Shown here piece by piece: positions 24,521-32,384 of a stretch of DNA of 38,167 bases. Position 1 is the first letter of the stretch; each line of letters starts with the position of its first letter. The DNA comes from Pseudomonadota bacterium (GTDB lineage Bacteria; Myxococcota_A; UBA9160; UBA4427). Location of the stretch: positions 1 to 38,167 of the forward strand of contig JAPUKG010000192.1 of the NCBI GenBank assembly GCA_027295775.1, in the 5' to 3' direction. The notes beneath the pieces were generated by a model that was not told the origin of the DNA, ran no database searches, and saw nothing but the letters and a program-made list of their open reading frames with translations. A program made the translations under genes and the position numbers.

Positions 24521-25783
24521 ATGAGGCCGCAGAGAACGATCCCGCTTCTGGCCCTGTGCCTCCTCTTCTACCTCCCCGGTTCGAGCAGCCTCGCGGCGGA
24601 GACGCCGGAAGAGGAGGAGGAGTTCCGGGAGGTCATCGACATGAGCCCGCACGACAGGCCCGGGTGGAGCCTGCGCAACGCCTTCGCCCCGCTCGCCTCC
24701 CTGTTCGTCGGCGGACCCGGCTACTACTACGATCAGCGCGAGCTCGAGGTGGAGACCACGCCCTCGGGCGGCCTGGTCGACCTCTTCTACGTGCGCGCCA
24801 ACTTCCAGAAGCGCTTCGAGCAGGCCGAGACGCCGGTGACGGTGCTGCTGCCCCCGCGCATCGAGACCGGGCCCCGCGACTCGCTCACGATTCGCGCCTT
24901 CCGCGAGGGCTACCGCCAGCAGAGCACCACCCTCAAGATGCGCGGCCGGACCAAGAAGGTGGTGATCAACCTCGAGCCCCTTCCCAATACGCTGGAAGCG
25001 GTCTCGCACCGCTATTTCGCCGGCCGCTCGTCGCTCAGCTTCCTCACCGACGAGCTGCTGGAGTTCCGGATCCAGGAGGTGTCCGACGGCTTCACCGTGA
25101 TCCTGAACGAAACCGCCAAGAGCGACGAGGCCACCGCGGCCCTACAGGGGGTGAAGAGCCCGATCGTCGCGGAGATGCTCGGCCAGCAGCTCGGCGAGGA
25201 CCTGCTGGTGACGGTGGTGTTGACCGAGGCCGGGCAGGGCGGGACCGACCTCCGCTCCCGCCAGTCGCGGGACGCTGCCCGCGACCTCTACGATTTCACC
25301 GTGGAACTGGTTCCGTCGGACGGCGGCGCCGAGTCCGTGCAGCACGCCATCGACGCGCTGACGCGCCTGCGAACGGCACACGTGACCGGATGCGCGCTGC
25401 GCTTCGACAGAAAGCTGCGCGAGGAGCTCGACCCCGGCGCGCTCTCCCGTGCGCTGACACCGCGCGGCGCCTTTACCGATCGGTACCTGCGCGCCGCCAT
25501 GCGCCGGCTGGGCGAGGTCACGCCCAGGCACGCGGTGAAGTTCGAAGGCGGCGGCAGCTACGACCCGACCGTACCGATCGAGCTCGAGGCCGCCCTCAGC
25601 CAGGCCCATGGTGCCACCGGCTACCTGGCTCTGCTGCGCCGGTTCGTCGCCGAGCTCGAGCCGCCGGAGTACCGCAGCGAGACGCTGCGCAGCCTGATCG
25701 CGCCCGAGCTCGACCCCGCCCAGTTCGGCGAGCTGCTCGAAGCCGCCGAGCAGAGCGAGCGCACCTGCCTGGCTTCGGGCTGA
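24521..25783 (+). CDS. Secreted hypothetical protein with an N-terminal PEGA-like beta domain
   Basis: Signal peptide MRPQRTIPLLALCLLFYLPGSSSLAAE. The segment ELEVETTPSGGLVDLFYV...ETPVTVLLPP...LTIRAFREGYRQQSTTLKMRGRTKKVVINLEPL resembles PEGA domains. I do not recognise the rest. Confidence 0.7.
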   Translation: MRPQRTIPLLALCLLFYLPGSSSLAAETPEEEEEFREVIDMSPHDRPGWSLRNAFAPLASLFVGGPGYYYDQRELEVETTPSGGLVDLFYVRANFQKRFEQAETPVTVLLPPRIETGPRDSLTIRAFREGYRQQSTTLKMRGRTKKVVINLEPLPNTLEAVSHRYFAGRSSLSFLTDELLEFRIQEVSDGFTVILNETAKSDEATAALQGVKSPIVAEMLGQQLGEDLLVTVVLTEAGQGGTDLRSRQSRDAARDLYDFTVELVPSDGGAESVQHAIDALTRLRTAHVTGCALRFDRKLREELDPGALSRALTPRGAFTDRYLRAAMRRLGEVTPRHAVKFEGGGSYDPTVPIELEAALSQAHGATGYLALLRRFVAELEPPEYRSETLRSLIAPELDPAQFGELLEAAEQSERTCLASG

Positions 25784-25793
25784 ACGGATCGAG

Positions 25794-25810
25794 CCGAGGC
25801 AAAGCCTCGG
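25794..25810 (+). terminator. GC-rich hairpin downstream of the secreted protein gene
   Basis: CCGAGGC-AAA-GCCTCGG, a 7-bp perfect stem 11 nt after the stop. No U-tract. Confidence 0.35.
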
Positions 25811-25875
25811 GCAGGCTCGCTGCTGTCCGGCTCCGCGCGGGTCGCTATTCTGTCCTCGCTCCCGGTCCCCGGAGA

Positions 25876-26631
25876 GTGCTCTTGTCCGATCAACGTCCGC
25901 GCGAGCGGCTCCAGAGCCTGGGGTCGCACGCCTTGGGTGACGACGAGCTGCTCGCCCTGCTGATTCGCACCGGCTCCCGGGGTCGCGGTGGTCTGGTCCT
26001 GGCCCGCGAGCTCCTCGAACGCTGCGGCGGACTGCGCGGTGTGGCCCGCGCCACCCCCGGCGAGATCGCCGGCCCGCCGGGGATGGGTCCGGCGAAGACA
26101 GCCACCGTGCTGGCGGCCCTGGAGATCAGCCGCCGCCTCGCCGCCCACCGCCTCCAACCCGGTGACGCAATCCGAAGTCCCGAGGACGTGCACCGCCACT
26201 TCTTCCCGCGCCTGCGCGACAGCCTCCAGGAGTTCTTCGTGGTGCTGTTGCTCGACGGCCGGCACCGCGTCATGAGGGAGGTCGTGGTCTCCCAGGGCAC
26301 TCTGACGGCCAGTCTGGTCCACCCGCGCGAGGTCTTCCGGCCGGCGCTACGGGAGGCGGCCGCCGCCCTGATCCTGGTGCACAACCACCCGAGCGGGGAT
26401 CCCACCCCCAGCCGGGAGGACCGGGAGGTGACCGAGCGCCTGGTGGAAGCCGGCGAGCTGCTCGGGGTCCGGGTGCTCGACCATCTGGTGGTGGCCGAGG
26501 GCGGCTACCACAGCTTTAGCGAGGCCGGCCTCCTCCCCTCGCATCCCGCTCATACCCCGCGGGGCAAGGCGCGTGGGGAGGGTCGATGGGAGGGGCGGGG
26601 GGCTAAGGACCCGCCCCGGTTCGGTCGATGA
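25876..26631 (+). CDS. radC: RadC-family JAMM-motif protein
   Basis: ERLQSLGSHALGDDELLALLIRTG, HNHPSGDPTPSREDREVTERL, and LDHLVV. Start is GTG 25876 or TTG 25882 (GGAGAG just upstream). It has an unusually long ~33-aa basic C-terminal tail. Confidence 0.85.
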   Translation: MLLSDQRPRERLQSLGSHALGDDELLALLIRTGSRGRGGLVLARELLERCGGLRGVARATPGEIAGPPGMGPAKTATVLAALEISRRLAAHRLQPGDAIRSPEDVHRHFFPRLRDSLQEFFVVLLLDGRHRVMREVVVSQGTLTASLVHPREVFRPALREAAAALILVHNHPSGDPTPSREDREVTERLVEAGELLGVRVLDHLVVAEGGYHSFSEAGLLPSHPAHTPRGKARGEGRWEGRGAKDPPRFGR

Positions 26632-26689
26632 GGCCTGGCACGGGTCAGGACGGGAAGGGCTTCACGACTCGACCCGGGGGACGGGTGAG

Positions 26690-27043
26690 ATGTCAAAGGT
26701 CAGCGTGCAGCCGGTCGTCGAGGAGCGCCGCCGCTCGGAGCGAACGGAGTTCCTCGTACGGGTCGACTACTCCACTATCGAAGAGCTGTTCTCGGAGTTC
26801 ACCCGGGACATGAACGAAGGTGGGCTCTTCATCGAGACGGAGCGGGTACATCCGCCCGGCACGATCGTGTCCATGCAGTTCAACCTGCCGGGCAGCGACA
26901 AGCCGATCCAGACCAAGGGCACGGTGGTGCACACGACCGGCAGCGGTGAGAGCCCGCCGGGCATGGGCATCGAGTTCGACGACCTCACCCCCGAAGCCCG
27001 CCGCCACATCGACGAGCTGGTCCGAGCGCTGCGCGCCGGCTAG
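26690..27043 (+). CDS. PilZ-domain protein (myxobacterial TIGR02266-like type)
   Basis: RRSER...VRVDY...[29 protein letters not shown]...GTVVHT...[10 protein letters not shown] matches the RxxxR / D-x-S-x-x-G PilZ pattern. ATG at 26690. Confidence 0.8.
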   Translation: MSKVSVQPVVEERRRSERTEFLVRVDYSTIEELFSEFTRDMNEGGLFIETERVHPPGTIVSMQFNLPGSDKPIQTKGTVVHTTGSGESPPGMGIEFDDLTPEARRHIDELVRALRAG

Positions 27044-27483
27044 AAGGGGATCCCGTCGTCGGGCGGGGGCCCTTGTCCACCACCGCCCCCGGAGGGCTCG
27101 GATCCGGCGTCGCGTCCGCCGCCGCCACTTCCACTGCCGCTGCCACCGCGGGGGCCACCCAGGAACTGGACGGTCTGGGCGTTGATCTCGGTGGTGCGGC
27201 GCTTCTGGCCTTCCTTGTCCTCCCACTCGCGTGTCTGGAGCCGGCCTTCGACGTAGACGGAGCGGCCCTTGGCCAGGTACTTGGCGCAGTTCTCGCCCAT
27301 GCGGCCCCAGACGACGATGCGGTGCCACTCGGTCTTCTCCACGCGCTCGCCGCTGCCCTTGTCGTTCCAGCTCTCGGTCGTGGCGAGGGTGAAGTTGACG
27401 ACCGCCTGACCGCCCTGGGTGTAGCGGAGCTCGGGATCACGCCCGAGGTTGCCGACCAGAATGACTTTGTTGACACCTGCCAT
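27040..27483 (-). CDS. ssb: Single-stranded DNA-binding protein
   Basis: [32 protein letters not shown], a Gly-rich linker, and the C-terminal DDGIPF tip. Confidence 0.95.
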   Translation of the reverse strand: MAGVNKVILVGNLGRDPELRYTQGGQAVVNFTLATTESWNDKGSGERVEKTEWHRIVVWGRMGENCAKYLAKGRSVYVEGRLQTREWEDKEGQKRRTTEINAQTVQFLGGPRGGSGSGSGGGGRDAGSEPSGGGGGQGPPPDDGIPF

Positions 27484-27493
27484 AACTGCGTTC

Positions 27494-27520
27494 TCCTCGG
27501 GACGCGATGTCCTCGGGACG
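27494..27520. repeat. 11-bp direct repeat TCCTCGGGACG x2 (16-bp register) in the ssb 5' region
   Basis: Copies at 27494-27504 and 27510-27520. On the ssb strand each reads CGTCCCGAGGA, and the proximal copy supplies the GGAG SD. Confidence 0.4.
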
Positions 27521-27666
27521 GTGGGACTGTTCGTTACAGAATGAGACGTGGCCTCGTTCGAATCATCGGGGTCCAGTCGGCTCTCGTCAAGAGTGGAAGC
27601 GCGTCGGCGGTCGCGCGTTGACAGCCGTTCTCATCCCTGCACACTTTCGGGGTTCGCCTCAGGCGG

Positions 27667-28374
27667 ATGGGAGACAGGGTGATCCACGTCCTTCGTTACC
27701 TGGCCGTCCTGCTCTACACGGCCTTCTGGAGCTGTGTCGTCATCAGCGCGACGGTGGTCGATCGCAGCGGAGAGAGCGTCCTGCGCATGCTCCGGATCTG
27801 GATCGCGTGGATCTACGCGAGCTGCGGGGTGAGCGTCGAGGCGGCGGGCCTCGAGAACATAAGCCCCCGTCAGTCCTACGTGTTCATGTCCAACCACGCG
27901 AGTGTGTGGGACTCCACGGCCATCGTCGCCACGATCCCGGTCTCCTGGCGTTTCGTCTACAAGAAGGAGCTGGCGTGGATCCCGTTCTTCGGCTGGGCGC
28001 TGCTGGCCCACCGGCACGTGATGGTCGACCGCGGGAACCGCGTGCGCGCCGTGCGCAGCCTCCAGGCGGCGGCCGAGCGCGTCCGCACGGGGATGAGCGT
28101 GATCATCTTCCCGGAAGGGACCCGCAGCGAGAGCGGCACCATGGGAGAGTTCAAGAGCGGCGGCTTCCACCTGGCGATCCAGGCGGGCGTCCCGATCATC
28201 CCCATGAGCGTCTCCGGCGGAAGGGACGTGACACCCAAGGGCTCGTTGCGCATCGACGGCGGCAAGCTCCGGATCGTCTACGGCAAGCCGATTCCGACGG
28301 AGGGCCTGACGGCCGAGGACCGCAACACCCTCAAGGACGAGGTCCGCAGGGCCATTCTTCAGGGTCTGGATTAG
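27667..28374 (+). CDS. plsC: 1-acyl-sn-glycerol-3-phosphate acyltransferase
   Basis: Acyltransferase motifs NHASVWD, FPEGTRS and IPM. Confidence 0.9.
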   Translation: MGDRVIHVLRYLAVLLYTAFWSCVVISATVVDRSGESVLRMLRIWIAWIYASCGVSVEAAGLENISPRQSYVFMSNHASVWDSTAIVATIPVSWRFVYKKELAWIPFFGWALLAHRHVMVDRGNRVRAVRSLQAAAERVRTGMSVIIFPEGTRSESGTMGEFKSGGFHLAIQAGVPIIPMSVSGGRDVTPKGSLRIDGGKLRIVYGKPIPTEGLTAEDRNTLKDEVRRAILQGLD

Positions 28375-28418
28375 GCAAACTCGCCAAGTCGCTGCCACCC
28401 GGGATGTGTTGGCGCCCG

Positions 28419-28454
28419 GGGAAACGGCTCTGTACCTTCGCCGTTTCCCTTTCC
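28419..28454 (+). terminator. Stem-loop terminator candidate after plsC
   Basis: GGGAAACGGC (28419-28428) pairs perfectly with GCCGTTTCCC (28440-28449) across an 11-nt loop, followed by TTTCC. Confidence 0.5.
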
Positions 28455-28493
28455 GGGGGGTGAGGGAATTGATCCGAGTCGCATCCATCCGCG

Positions 28494-30947
28494 ATGCCGT
28501 CCAGACCGGGCGGCTGCCGGGTTCTGCTCGTCGTGGCTAGGACGGACCGCGGTGGCGGAGGGCGGCGTCGCACGGTGCCGAGCTCGCGGGTGGGCGCCGA
28601 GATCGCCGGCGTTGCGGTCCTGGGCGTCTCGCTGCTGGCGCTCCTGGCCCTCGCGTCCTACGAGCCCGCGGATCCGGTCTTCGCGCTCGCGCCCGTCGCC
28701 AACGACGCCGGCGTGGTGGGGGCGACCCTGGCGGGCTGGCTCTTCGGCGGACTCGGCTACGGATCGCTCGTCGCGGTGGGTGCACTGGCCTGGATCGGCG
28801 CGCGGCTGTGCGTGGGATGGGGACTCCCGCCGCTGCGTTCGCGCTTCTGGCTGGGCACCGCGCTCCTTCTGATCTCGGTCTCGAGCCTGCCGCCCCTGCT
28901 TCACCAGCTGCTGCCGGATCGGGTGGACGCCGGCGGAGGCGGGTCGCTCGGCACCTTCCTGGCGGGCATCGAGGGGCTCCTGCTGAGCCGCATCGGCGCG
29001 CTCCTGGTGAACTTGTTCCTGCTGGCGATCGGCGGGCTGTGCATCACGGGCATCTCCACCGGCGCCGCGCTCTCCACCCTGGGCAGGATCGGCGCCGAGG
29101 TCGCTGCGCTGCTGGCGTGGCTCGGGCGCGGCGCCTGGCGACTGCTGGGCGCGGGTGCTCGCGGCGTCCAGGCGGGGCTCTCGACGGTGGCCGTCCAGCT
29201 GCGCGGGCTCGCCTCGTCGCTCCAGGTCTGGCGCGAGCAGCGGGCCCGGCGAGCGCGTCGCGAAGCGCAGATGGAAACGCCGTCGCTGCCCGAGGAACAC
29301 TCTGCGCCTGCGCCCAGCGAAGCGGTCGAGTTGAGCTCGGCGGTGCCGACGCCGCGCCGCCGCCGGGGCCGCGGGGTCGAGCCGGACATCGTCGATCACC
29401 TGGCGGAGCGAGCGGCCTCGCCCCCCGCCCAGGAGACCTTCCGGTTCGAGGAGCGGAGCGCCCGGGGTCCCTTCGTCCTGCCGGACGTAAGCCTCTTCCA
29501 GCGGCCGCCGGACGGCCGGCGCAGCTACGACCGCGATTCCCTGCTGATGAACTCGCGCATCCTGGAGAAGAAGCTCCAGGACTTCGGCGTGACCGGCCGC
29601 GTGGTGCGCGTGCACCCGGGACCGGTCATCACCATGTACGAGTACGAGCCGGCGTCGGGCGTCAAGGTGAACAAGATCGTGAACCTGGCCGACGACCTGG
29701 CCATGGCGCTGCGCGCCCTCTCGATCCGCATCATCGCCCCGCTGCCCGGAAAGTCGGTCGTCGGAATCGAGGTTCCCAATGCCGAGCGCGAGACCGTCTA
29801 CCTGCGCAGCCTCCTGGAGGCAGAGGGCTTCCGAGCGAAGCGGTCGAAGCTGCTGATCGCCATGGGCAAGGACATCTTCGGCAATCCGGTCGAAGCCGAC
29901 CTGGCGAAGATGCCCCACCTGCTCGTGGCGGGCGCTACGGGAACGGGCAAGAGCGTGTTCCTGAACTCGCTCCTTTGTTCGATCCTCTACCGGGTCACGC
30001 CCGACGAGCTCAAGCTCCTGCTGATCGACCCCAAGCTCCTCGAGCTCTCGATCTACGAGGGCATCCCGCATCTGATCGCGGACGTGGTGACGAACCCGAA
30101 ACGCGCCGCCGCCGCGCTCCAGGGCATCGTCCGCAAGATGGAGGAGCGCTACCAGATGATGAGCGTCCTCCGCGTTCGCAGCATCGACCAGTTCAACGAA
30201 CGCGTCGACAAGCTGCAAGCGTCGGGAGAGACCTCGTTCCGGCTGCGACCGAAGCCCGGCGAAGAAGAGGGCGAAGAGGTGCCGCTGCAGAAGCTGGCCT
30301 ACATCGTCGTCGTCATCGACGAGCTCGCGGACCTGATGGTGGTCGCCGCCAAGGACGTCGAGGAGTCGCTCCAGCGGCTGGCACAGATGGCGCGCGCGGC
30401 GGGGATCCATCTGGTGCTGGCCACCCAGCGCCCGAGCGTCGACGTCCTGACCGGTGTGATCAAGGCGAACTTCCCGGCGCGCGTTTCCTTCCAGGTTTCA
30501 TCGCGCACGGATTCGCGCACCATCCTCGACCAGAACGGCGCCGAGAACCTGCTGGGTCAGGGTGACATGCTGTTCCTGCCGCCGGGCACATCGCAGCTCG
30601 CACGACTGCACGGCCCGTTCGTGAGCGAGAAGGAGGTGGGAGAGCTCGCCGCCTACCTGTGCGACCAGGGACGGCCCGAGTTCGACGAGACGCTCCTCCG
30701 CATGAAGGAGGAGAGCGAAGTGCGCGAGGAGCGCGGCGAGGACGTGGACGAGCTCTTCGACCAGGCGGTGGCGATCGTCGCCGAGACGCGCAACGCGTCC
30801 ATCTCCTACGTGCAGCGCCGGCTCAAGATCGGCTACAACCGCGCCGCGCGCATCGTGGAGCAGATGGAGATCGACGGTATGGTCGGGCCCCAGGAGGGAA
30901 CGCGGCCGCGAGCCGTCTATCTTCGGGCCTCCGACTCGGACGAATAG
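28494..30947 (+). CDS. ftsK: DNA translocase FtsK
   Basis: N-terminal TM segments, a linker, Walker A GATGTGKS, Walker B IVVVIDELADL, and a C-terminal gamma winged helix ISYVQRRLKIGYNRAARIVEQME. Confidence 0.95.
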   Translation: MPSRPGGCRVLLVVARTDRGGGGRRRTVPSSRVGAEIAGVAVLGVSLLALLALASYEPADPVFALAPVANDAGVVGATLAGWLFGGLGYGSLVAVGALAWIGARLCVGWGLPPLRSRFWLGTALLLISVSSLPPLLHQLLPDRVDAGGGGSLGTFLAGIEGLLLSRIGALLVNLFLLAIGGLCITGISTGAALSTLGRIGAEVAALLAWLGRGAWRLLGAGARGVQAGLSTVAVQLRGLASSLQVWREQRARRARREAQMETPSLPEEHSAPAPSEAVELSSAVPTPRRRRGRGVEPDIVDHLAERAASPPAQETFRFEERSARGPFVLPDVSLFQRPPDGRRSYDRDSLLMNSRILEKKLQDFGVTGRVVRVHPGPVITMYEYEPASGVKVNKIVNLADDLAMALRALSIRIIAPLPGKSVVGIEVPNAERETVYLRSLLEAEGFRAKRSKLLIAMGKDIFGNPVEADLAKMPHLLVAGATGTGKSVFLNSLLCSILYRVTPDELKLLLIDPKLLELSIYEGIPHLIADVVTNPKRAAAALQGIVRKMEERYQMMSVLRVRSIDQFNERVDKLQASGETSFRLRPKPGEEEGEEVPLQKLAYIVVVIDELADLMVVAAKDVEESLQRLAQMARAAGIHLVLATQRPSVDVLTGVIKANFPARVSFQVSSRTDSRTILDQNGAENLLGQGDMLFLPPGTSQLARLHGPFVSEKEVGELAAYLCDQGRPEFDETLLRMKEESEVREERGEDVDELFDQAVAIVAETRNASISYVQRRLKIGYNRAARIVEQMEIDGMVGPQEGTRPRAVYLRASDSDE

Positions 30948-30975
30948 ACGCCCGCCTCCGCGCGTCGAAACGGAC

Positions 30976-31662
30976 ATGGCTCCCAAAACGCTGACATGTG
31001 CCCTGCTCTTCCTCGTTGCCGGTGTCGCTCCCGGGACTGCCGATGAAGCGACCACGAGCTGCGCCGAGCAGGTCGCAGCGCGGATCCAGAGCCGCTACGA
31101 GTCCGTGCGCGACATCGTGGCCGACTTCGAGCAGTCGACCCGGTCGGTCACCCTCGGCAACTCCGCCCTCGGCTCGGGCGAAGTCACCCGGGGTCGCGTC
31201 TTCCTCGCGAAGCCCGGTCGGATGCGCTGGTCCTACGAAGAGCCCCAGCCGAGCCTGGTGGTGACCGACGGGAGCACGCTCTGGCTCTACGATCCGGCCG
31301 ACAAGGTGGTGCAGCGTCTCCCCGTCAGCGCAGGCTACCTGAGCGGCGCGTCTCTTCAGTTCCTGCTCGGCGAAGGCGTGATCCTCGACGAGTTCGATGT
31401 GAGCGTCGACGATTGCAGTGGTGAGTCGGTGCGTCTCGATCTCGTTCCCCGCGAAGACAAGAGCTACGAACGGATCGGTCTCGTGGCCATCGCCAAGACC
31501 GGCGAGGTGGTGGAGACGACGATCGTGGACGTCCTGGGCAACGAGACGCGCGTGTCCTTTCACAACCTGCGCACCAACCAGGACCCCGACGAGGCGCTGT
31601 TTCGCTTCGAGCCGCCGGAGGGCGTTCGTGTCATCGATCTCGAGACCCAGGGCACGCCGTAG
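30976..31662 (+). CDS. lolA: Outer-membrane lipoprotein carrier LolA-like protein
   Basis: Signal peptide MAPKTLTCALLFLVAGVAPGTA. FEQ...G.V...KPGRMRWSYEEP...LWLYDP is the LolA pattern. It shows the classical ftsK-lolA synteny. Confidence 0.8.
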   Translation: MAPKTLTCALLFLVAGVAPGTADEATTSCAEQVAARIQSRYESVRDIVADFEQSTRSVTLGNSALGSGEVTRGRVFLAKPGRMRWSYEEPQPSLVVTDGSTLWLYDPADKVVQRLPVSAGYLSGASLQFLLGEGVILDEFDVSVDDCSGESVRLDLVPREDKSYERIGLVAIAKTGEVVETTIVDVLGNETRVSFHNLRTNQDPDEALFRFEPPEGVRVIDLETQGTP

Positions 31663-32039
31663 CGGCTCAGCCGGGGACCATTCCCCTGCCCAAAGAAGGA
31701 ACCGCGCTTCCACCCCGGGGACGGCTCGCAATCTTCCGCGTACCCCGGACTCGCTGTACAGCGGGGGTTCCTTGACGGCACACGTCGGAATTCCGGCAAC
31801 TCCCACGCAGGTTCGCAACGCTTGGCGGCACCCCGCTCGCAGAAGGTGGGCGGAAATACCTCCCTCTCCACGGGATTCCAGCGGCGCGCGATGCCGCTCG
31901 CGGCACCAGGCGTCTTACTCTTTTATGCGTATGACGGGGAACAGACCGCTCGGGTTCGAGGTGGGGCGCCGCAGACCCAGTGCAGCAAAGACTTCTTTTA
32001 TAACAGTAGTTTACAAGCGAAGCTGCGAGTTGCACGTGC

Positions 32040-32067
32040 TTGACAGGGTAGGGTCGTTTGATAGACT
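32040..32067 (+). promoter_or_regulatory. Sigma70-type promoter: TTGACA-N16-(TGa)TAGACT, ~320 nt upstream of mpa
   Basis: TTGACA at 32040-32045, extended -10 TG at 32059-32060, TAGACT at 32062-32067. AT-rich stretch upstream (TTTTATAACAGTAGTTTACAAG). Confidence 0.45.
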
Positions 32068-32384
32068 GCGAATCGGGAAAAGTTTTTCAATTTCGAGAGG
32101 TTCGGCGCGCTCAGCGGCTCTTTCACCATGCGGCTCGGTTGGCTCCAGTCGGCATCCACCAACCACGGTAATTGGGCGGGTTTTGGCGCGACCTTCTCGG
32201 CGAACGAGCGGAAGGCGAAGCCGAGAGGGAACGCGGAGGTATCGACTCTTCTGCACGAAAGGTGCGACATGGTGATAGGCGCGGTGGATCGCGTTCTTCG
32301 AGCACGCGGCACACGCCTTGCAGAGCATCCTCGCAGTGCGGCTCCTCACCAGCGTGTGGGGGCACTGAACGAGGAGAGGTCGCA

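Noticed and set aside
27527-27539. LexA/SOS box upstream of ssb
   Set aside because: CTGT-N5-ACAG does not have the CTGT-N8-ACAG spacing of the E. coli box. It also does not match the GAAC-N4-GTTC, alphaproteobacterial or myxobacterial consensus as I remember them, so I did not call it.
28371-30565. 679-aa minus-strand ORF and 585-aa plus-strand alternative-frame ORF over ftsK
   Set aside because: The FtsK frame has Walker A/B motifs and a gamma domain. The alternatives are Arg/Pro-rich.
31663-32039. Known structured RNA (tmRNA, 6S, RNase P, extra tRNA) between lolA and the mpa promoter
   Set aside because: I recognised no tRNA-like acceptor/T-arm, no RNase P or tmRNA conserved boxes, and only short isolated hairpins.
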